Below, in pieces: positions 57,936 through 64,000 of a stretch of DNA of 64,000 nucleotides. Source of the stretch: the human T2T-CHM13v2.0 reference genome, Homo sapiens. A program made the translations under genes and the position numbers. The stretch lies in assembly GCF_009914755.1 (NCBI RefSeq), contig NC_060933.1; one strand, 5' to 3'. Position 1 is the first letter of the stretch. Every line of letters starts with the position of its first letter. A model generated the notes under the pieces. The model ran no database searches and was not told the DNA's origin. It saw only the letters and a list, made by a program, of their open reading frames with translations.

Positions 57936-59049
57936 TCCATTCCATTCCATTCCATTCCATTCCATTCCATTCCTTTCCATTCCATTACGGATGATTCCAT
58001 TCCATTGCATTCCATTCCATTCCATTCCCCTGTACTCGGGTTGATTCCATTCCATTCCATTCCATTCCATTCTATTCCATTCCATTCCATTCCATACCGG
58101 AAGATTCCATTCCATTGCATTCCATTCCATTCCATTCCCCTGCACTCGGGTTGATTCCATTCCATTCCATTCTATTCCATTCCATTCCATTCCGTTGCGT
58201 TCCGTTCCGTTCCATTCCATTCCATTCCATTCCATTCCGTTCCGTTCCGTTCCATTCCATTCCATTCCATTCCATTACAATCGAGTTGATTCCATTCCAT
58301 TCCATTCCATTCCATTCCATTCCATTCCATTCCTTTCCATTCCATTCCACTCGGGTTGATTCCATTCTATTAGTTTCCGTTCCATTCCATTCCCTTCCAT
58401 TCCACTCTGGTTGACTCCTTTCCTTTCCATTCCACTCGAATACATTCCCTCCTATTCCACTCGGAACGATTCCATTCCATTCCATTCCATTCCATTCCAT
58501 TCCATTCCATTCCATTACAATTGAGTTGATTCCATTCCATTCCATTCCATTCCATTCCATTCCATTCCATTCCTTTCCATTCCATTCCACTCGGGTTGAT
58601 TCCATTCTATTAGTTTCCGTTCCATTCCATTCCCTTCCATTCCACTCGGGTTGATTCCATTCTATTAGTTTCCGTTCCATTCCATTCCCTTCCATTCCAC
58701 TCTGGTTGATTCCTTTCCTTTCCATTCCACTCGAATACATTCCCTCCTATTCCACTCGGAACGATTCCATTCCATTCCATTCCATTCCATTCCATTCCAC
58801 TCCATTCCATTCCATTCCATTTCGTTCCATTCCATTCTATTCCGTACCATTCCATTCCATTCCATTCCATTCCATTCCATTCCACTCCATTCCATTCCAT
58901 TCCATTCCATTCCATTCCATTTCATTCCATTCCGTTCCATTCCATTTCATTACATTCAGATTGATTCTATTCAATTCCCTAACACTCCATTACATTCCAT
59001 TCCATTCGGGTTGTTTCCATTCCATTCCATTCCATTCCATTCCATTCCA

Positions 59050-61500
59050 TTCCATTCCGGATGATTCCGTTCCATTGCATTCCATTCCATTCCATGCCCC
59101 TGCACTCGGGTGGATTCCATTCCATTCCATTCCATTCCATTCCATTGCATTCCGTTCCGTTCCTTTCCATTCCATTCCATTCCATTCCATTCCGTTCCTT
59201 TCCATTCCATTCCATTCCATACTATTCGGGTTAATTCCATTCCATTCCATTCGATTGCAATCGAGTTGATTCCATTCCATTCCATTCCATTCGTTTCCAT
59301 TCCATTCCAATTCTTTCCATTCCATTCTATTCCGTACCATTCCATTCCATTCCATACAATTCCATTCCATTCCTTTCCATTACATTCCATTCCGTTCCGT
59401 TCCGTTCCGTTCCGTTCCATTCCATTCCATTCCATTCTATTCCATTCCATTGCAATCGAGTTGAATCCATTGCATTCCATTCCATTCCATTCCATTCCAT
59501 TCCATTCCATTCCATTCCGGAAGATTCCATTCCATTGCATTCCATTCCATTCCATTCCCCTGCACTCGCGTTTATTCCCTTCAATTCCAATCCATTCCAT
59601 TCCATTCCTTTCCATTCCGTTCCGTTCCGTTCCATTCCATTCCATTCCATTCCATTCCATTCCATTCCATTCCGTTCCGTTCTGTTCCACTCCATTCCAT
59701 TCCATTCTATTCGGGTTAATTCCATTCCATTCCATTCGATTGCAATCGATTTGATTCCATTCCATTCCATTCCATTCCATTCCATTCCATTCCATTCCAT
59801 TCCATTTCGCATGATTCCATTCCATTGCATTCCATTCCATCCCGTTCCCCTGTACTCGGGTTGATTCCATTCCATTCCATTCCATTCCATTCCATGCCAT
59901 TCCACTCGTGTTGATTCCATTCTTTCCATTCCATTCAAGTTGAATCCATTCCATTGCATTCCATTCCATTCGATTCCATTCGATTGCATTCGGGTTGATT
60001 CCATTCCATTGCATTGCATTCCATTCCATTCCATTCCATTCCATTCCCTTCCATTCCATTCCATTCCATTCCATTATATTAGGGTTAATTCCATTCCATT
60101 CCATTCCATTCCATTCCATTCCATTCCATTCCATTCCATTCCAGTGCAATCGAGTTGATTCCATTCCATTCCATTCCATTCCATTCCATTCCATTCAATT
60201 CCGGATGATTCCATTCCATTGCCTTCCATTCCATTCCATTCCACTGCACTCGGGTTGATTCCATTCCATTCCATTCCATTCCATTCCATTCCATTCCATT
60301 CCATTCCGGATGATTCCGTTCCATTGCATTCCATTCCATTCCATGCCCCTGCACTCGGGTGGATTCCATTCCATTCCATTCCATTCCATTCCATTCCATT
60401 CCGTTCCGTTCCTTTCCATTCCATTCCATTCCATTCCATTCCGTTCCGTTCCATTCCATTCCATTCCATACTATTCGGTTTAATTCCATTCCATTCCATT
60501 CGATTGCAATCGAGTTGATTCCATTCCATTCCATTCCATTCGATTCCATTCCATTCCAATTCTTTCCATTCCATTCTATTCCGTACCATTCCATTCCATT
60601 CCATACAATTCCATTCCATTCCTTTCCATTACATTCCATTCCGTTCCGTTCCGTTCCGTTCCGTTCCATTCCATTCCATTCCATTCTATTCCATTCCATT
60701 GCAATCGAGTTGAATCCATTGCATTCCATTCCATTCCATTCCACTCCATTCCATTCCATTCCATTCCGGAAGATTCCATTCCATTGCATTCCATTCCATT
60801 CCATTCCCCTGCACTCGCGTTTATTCCCTTCAATTCCATTCCATTCCATTCCATTCCTTTCCATTCCGTTCCGTTCCGTTCCATTCCATTCCATTCCATT
60901 CCATTCCATTCCGTTCCGTTCTGTTCCATTCCATTCCATTCCATTCTATTCGGGTTAATTCCATTCCATTCCATTCGATTGCAATCGATTTGATTCCATT
61001 CCATTCCATTCCATTCCATTCCATTCCATTCCATTCCATTCCATTTCGCATGATTCCATTCCATTGCATTCCATTCCATCCCGTTCCCCTGTACTCGGGT
61101 TGATTCCATTCCATTCCATTCCATTCCATGCCATTCCACTCGTGTTGATTCCATTCTTTCCATTCCATTCAAGTTGAATCCATTCCATTGCATTCCATTC
61201 CATTCGATTCCATTCGATTGCACTCGGGTTGATTCCATTCCATTGCATTGCATTCCATTCCATTCCATTCCATTCCATTCCCTTCCATTCCATTCCATTC
61301 CATTCCATTATATTAGGGTTAATTCCATTCCATTCCATTCCATTCCATTCCATTCCATTCCATTCCATTCCAGTGCAATCGAGTTGATTCCATTCCATTC
61401 CATTCCATTCCATTCCATTCCATTCCATTCCATTCAGTTCCGGATGATTCCATTCCATTGCCTTCCATTGCATTCCATTCCACTGCACTCGGGTTGATTC
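59050..61500 (+). repeat. Two tandem copies of a ~1.25 kb unit related to the 1364 bp unit
   Basis: CATGCCCCTGCACTCGGGTGG at ~59093 and ~60342. ORF starts 59110/60359 (1249 apart). ATACTATTCGG at ~59219 and ~60468. Confidence 0.85.
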
Positions 61501-64000
61501 CATTCCATTCCATTCCATTCCATTCCATTCCATTCCATTTCATTTCGTTCCATTCCATTCTATTCCATTCCAATCCATTCCATTCCATTCCATTTCATTT
61601 CATTCCATTCCATTCTCTTCCGGACCATTCCATTCCATTCCATTCCATGCTATTCCACTCCGGTTGATTCCATTCCTTTCCATTCCATTCGACTTGAATC
61701 CATTCCATTCCATTCAATTCCATTCGATTCCATTCCATTGCACACGGGTTCATTCCATTCCATTCCATTCCATTCCATTCAATTCCGGATGATTCCATTC
61801 CATTGCCTTCCATTCCATTCCATTCCACTGCACTCGGGTTGATTCCATTCCATTCCATTCCATTCCATTCCATTTCATTTCGTTCCATTCCATTCTATTC
61901 CATTCCAATCCATTCCATTCCATTCCATTTCATTTCGTTCCATTCCATTCTCTTCCGGACCATTCCATTCCATTCCATTCCATGCTATTCCACTCCGGTT
62001 GATTCCATTCCTTTCCATTCCATTCGACTTGAATCCATTCCATTCCATTCCATTCCATTCCATTCCTTTCCATTGCACACGGGTTCATTCCATTCCATTC
62101 CATTGCATTCCATTCCATTCCATTCCATTCCATTTCGTTCCATTCCATTCTCTTCCGTACCATTCCATTCCATTCCATTCCACTCCATTCCATGCCATTC
62201 TGCTCGGGTTTATTCCATTCCTTTCCATTCCATTCGGGTTGAATCCATTCCATTCCTTTCCATTCCATTCAATTCCATTACATTGCACTCGGGTTGATTC
62301 CATTCCATTCCATTCCATTTCATTCCATTCCATTCCATTCCATTCCATTTCGTTTCATTCCAATCTCTTCCGTACCATTCCATTCCATTCCATTCCATTC
62401 CACTCCATTCCATGCCCTTCCACTCGGGTTTATTCCATTCCTTTCCATTCCATTCGGGTTGAATCCTTTCCATTCCGTTCAATTCCATTCAATTCCATTA
62501 CATTGCACTCGAGTTGATTCCATTCTATTCCATTCCATTCCATGCCATTCCACTCGGGTTGATTCCATTCCTTTCCATTCCATTCGAGTTGAACCCATTC
62601 CATTCCATTCCATTCCATTCCATTCCATTCCATTGCACACGGGTTCATTCCATTCCATTCCATTCCATTCCACTCCATTCCATTCCATTTCGTTCCATTC
62701 CATTCTATTCCATACCATTCCTTTCAATTCCATTCCCTTCCATGCCATTTCACTCGGGTTTATTAAATTCTTTTCAATTCCATTCGGGTTGAATCCATTC
62801 CATTCCATTCCATTCCATTCCATTCCATTCCATTCCATTCGATTCCATTCCATTGCACTCGGGTTGATTCCATTCCATTCCATGCCATTCCATTTCATTC
62901 CATTCCATTCCGTTCCATTCCATTCCATTCCATTCAATTCAATTCCGTTCCATTCCATTACATTACATTCGGATTGATTCTTTTTAATTCCCTTACACTC
63001 CATTACATTCCATTCCATTCGGGTACTTTCCATTCCATTCCATTCCATTCCACTGCATTCTATTGCACTCGGGTTGATTGATTCCATTCCTTTGCATTCC
63101 ATTCAATTCCATTCCATTCCGGATGATTCCATTCCATTGCATCCCATTCCATTCCATTCCCCTGCACTCGGGTTGATCCCATTCCATTGCATTCCATTCC
63201 ATTCCATTCCATTCCATTGCATTCCATTCCGTTCCATTTCATTCCATTCCATTCCATTCTGTTCAGGTTAATTCCATTCCATTCCATTCCCTTCCATTCC
63301 ATTCCATTCCATTCCATTCCATTGCAATCGAGTTGATTCCATTGCATTCCATTCCATTCCATTGCATTGCATTCCATTCCATTCCATTCCCCTGTACTCA
63401 GAATGATTCCATTCCATTCCATTCCATTCCATTCCGTTCCATTCCATTCCATTCCATTTTATTCGCGTTAATTCCATTCCATTCCATTCCATTCCATTCC
63501 GTATGATTCCATTCCATTGCATTTCATTCCATTCAATTCCCCAGCACTCGGCTGGATTCCATTCTATTCCATTCCATTCCATTCCATTCCATTCCGTTCC
63601 ATTCCATTCCATTATATTCGGATTGAATCTATTCAATTCCCTTACACTTCATTACCTTCCATTCCATTCGGGTTGTTTCCATTCCATTCTATTCCATTCC
63701 ACTCCATTCCATTGCAATCGGGTTGATTCCATTCCATTCCATTCCATTCCATTCCGTATGATTCCATTCCATTGCATTCCATTCCAGTCAATTCCACTGC
63801 ACTCGGGTGGATTCCATTCTATTCCATTCCATTCCATTCCATTCCATTCCATTCCATTCCATTCCATTCCATTCTATTCGGGTTAATTTCATTCCATTCC
63901 ATTTTGTTCCATTCCATTCTATTCCGTACCATTCCATTCCATTCCATTCCATTCCATTCCATTCCATTCCATGCCATTCCACTCGGGTTAATTCCATTCC

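Larger units (their letters stand above)
44470..60260 (+). repeat. ~11.07 kb-offset direct repeat (44470-49100 matches 55540-60260)
   Basis: ORF pairs 45450/56523 (11073), 46643/57721 (11078), 47042/58115 (11073). Confidence 0.85.
45189..60777. promoter_or_regulatory. Dispersed perfect heat-shock-element consensus matches (nTTCn-nGAAn-nTTCn)
   Basis: ATTCC(G/A)GAAGATTCC at 45189, 48381, 49755, 51119, 52957, 54479, 56252, 57764, 59514 and 60763. These are motif matches only; binding is not shown. Confidence 0.5.
44300..61300 (+). repeat. Variant HSat3 domain (distinct sequence variants, CGTTC-rich)
   Basis: Domain-specific words: CGGAACGATT (vs CGGAATGATT), CAACTCCCTTACTCTCC (vs CAATTCCCTTACACTCC), GGGTTGTTCC (vs GGGTTGTTTCC), CCGGAAGATT, TTTCGCATGATT, and (CGTTC)3-4 runs. 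Confidence 0.85.
1..64000 (+). repeat. Satellite III (HSat3) array, (CATTC)n/(GGAAT)n, C-rich strand on +; pericentromeric or acrocentric-type heterochromatin
   Basis: CATTC pentamers dominate throughout. They are interrupted by ACTCGGGTTG/ATTCGGGTTG (reverse complement CAACCCGA(G/A)T), the classical Sat3 signature. The CATTCGATTC/GATGAT-rich 23-26 bp unit typical of HSat2 is not dominant. Orientation is the same from end to end. Chromosome and subfamily cannot be assigned without alignment. Confidence 0.97.

Noticed and set aside
1-64000. Hundreds of overlapping ORFs (IPFHS and MEWNG repeats) as protein-coding genes
   Set aside because: (CATTC)n has no stop codon in any frame on either strand, and three pentamers give a 5-aa period. 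The ORFs overlap in all six frames and contain no recognisable domain.
1-64000. CRISPR-like repeat-spacer array (recurring CACTCGGGTTGATT words)
   Set aside because: The intervening sequence is itself CATTC repeat rather than unique spacers, spacing is irregular, and there are no cas genes.
1-64000. Satellite II (HSat2)
   Set aside because: CATTCG and GATG variants are minor. Long pure CATTC runs with TCGGGTTG fit HSat3.
1-64000. Assignment to a specific locus (DYZ1, D15Z1, 9q12) or species
   Set aside because: No homogeneous 3.6 kb or 1.8 kb periodicity is seen. Subfamily, chromosome and human vs great ape origin need k-mer or alignment analysis that I cannot run.
1-64000. Inversion, transposon insertion, telomeric repeat or unique-sequence island
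   Set aside because: No GGAAT runs on +, no poly-A tail or Alu/L1 sequence, and no non-pentamer stretch beyond ~30 bp. TTAGGGTTA words (e.g. ~15769) are single variants of TTCGGGTTA.

Overview
The whole 64 kb is one uninterrupted array of primate (human-type) Satellite III (HSat3). The + strand carries diverged (CATTC)n pentamers punctuated by the Sat3 signature A(C/T)TCGGGTTG and a small set of related non-pentamer words. I see no genes, RNA genes, transposons, CRISPR arrays or strand inversions. The ORFs (poly-IPFHS / poly-MEWNG) are artefacts of translating a 5-bp repeat. I found no evidence of a novel coding system. The informative structure is higher-order. A left domain (~1-44 kb) holds a ~12-13 kb tandem segmental duplication plus partial copies. 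A right domain (~44.3-61.3 kb) has distinct variants, CGTTC runs, and nested 1.36 kb, 3.3 kb and 11.07 kb duplications, and left-domain sequence resumes at ~61.3 kb. The most notable sequence-level observation is that a GGATG->GGAAG variant in the right domain creates 10 perfect three-unit heat-shock elements (TTCnnGAAnnTTC), versus 2 found in the first 44 kb. All coordinates and counts were read by eye from landmark motifs and ORF-track offsets, so block boundaries are approximate.
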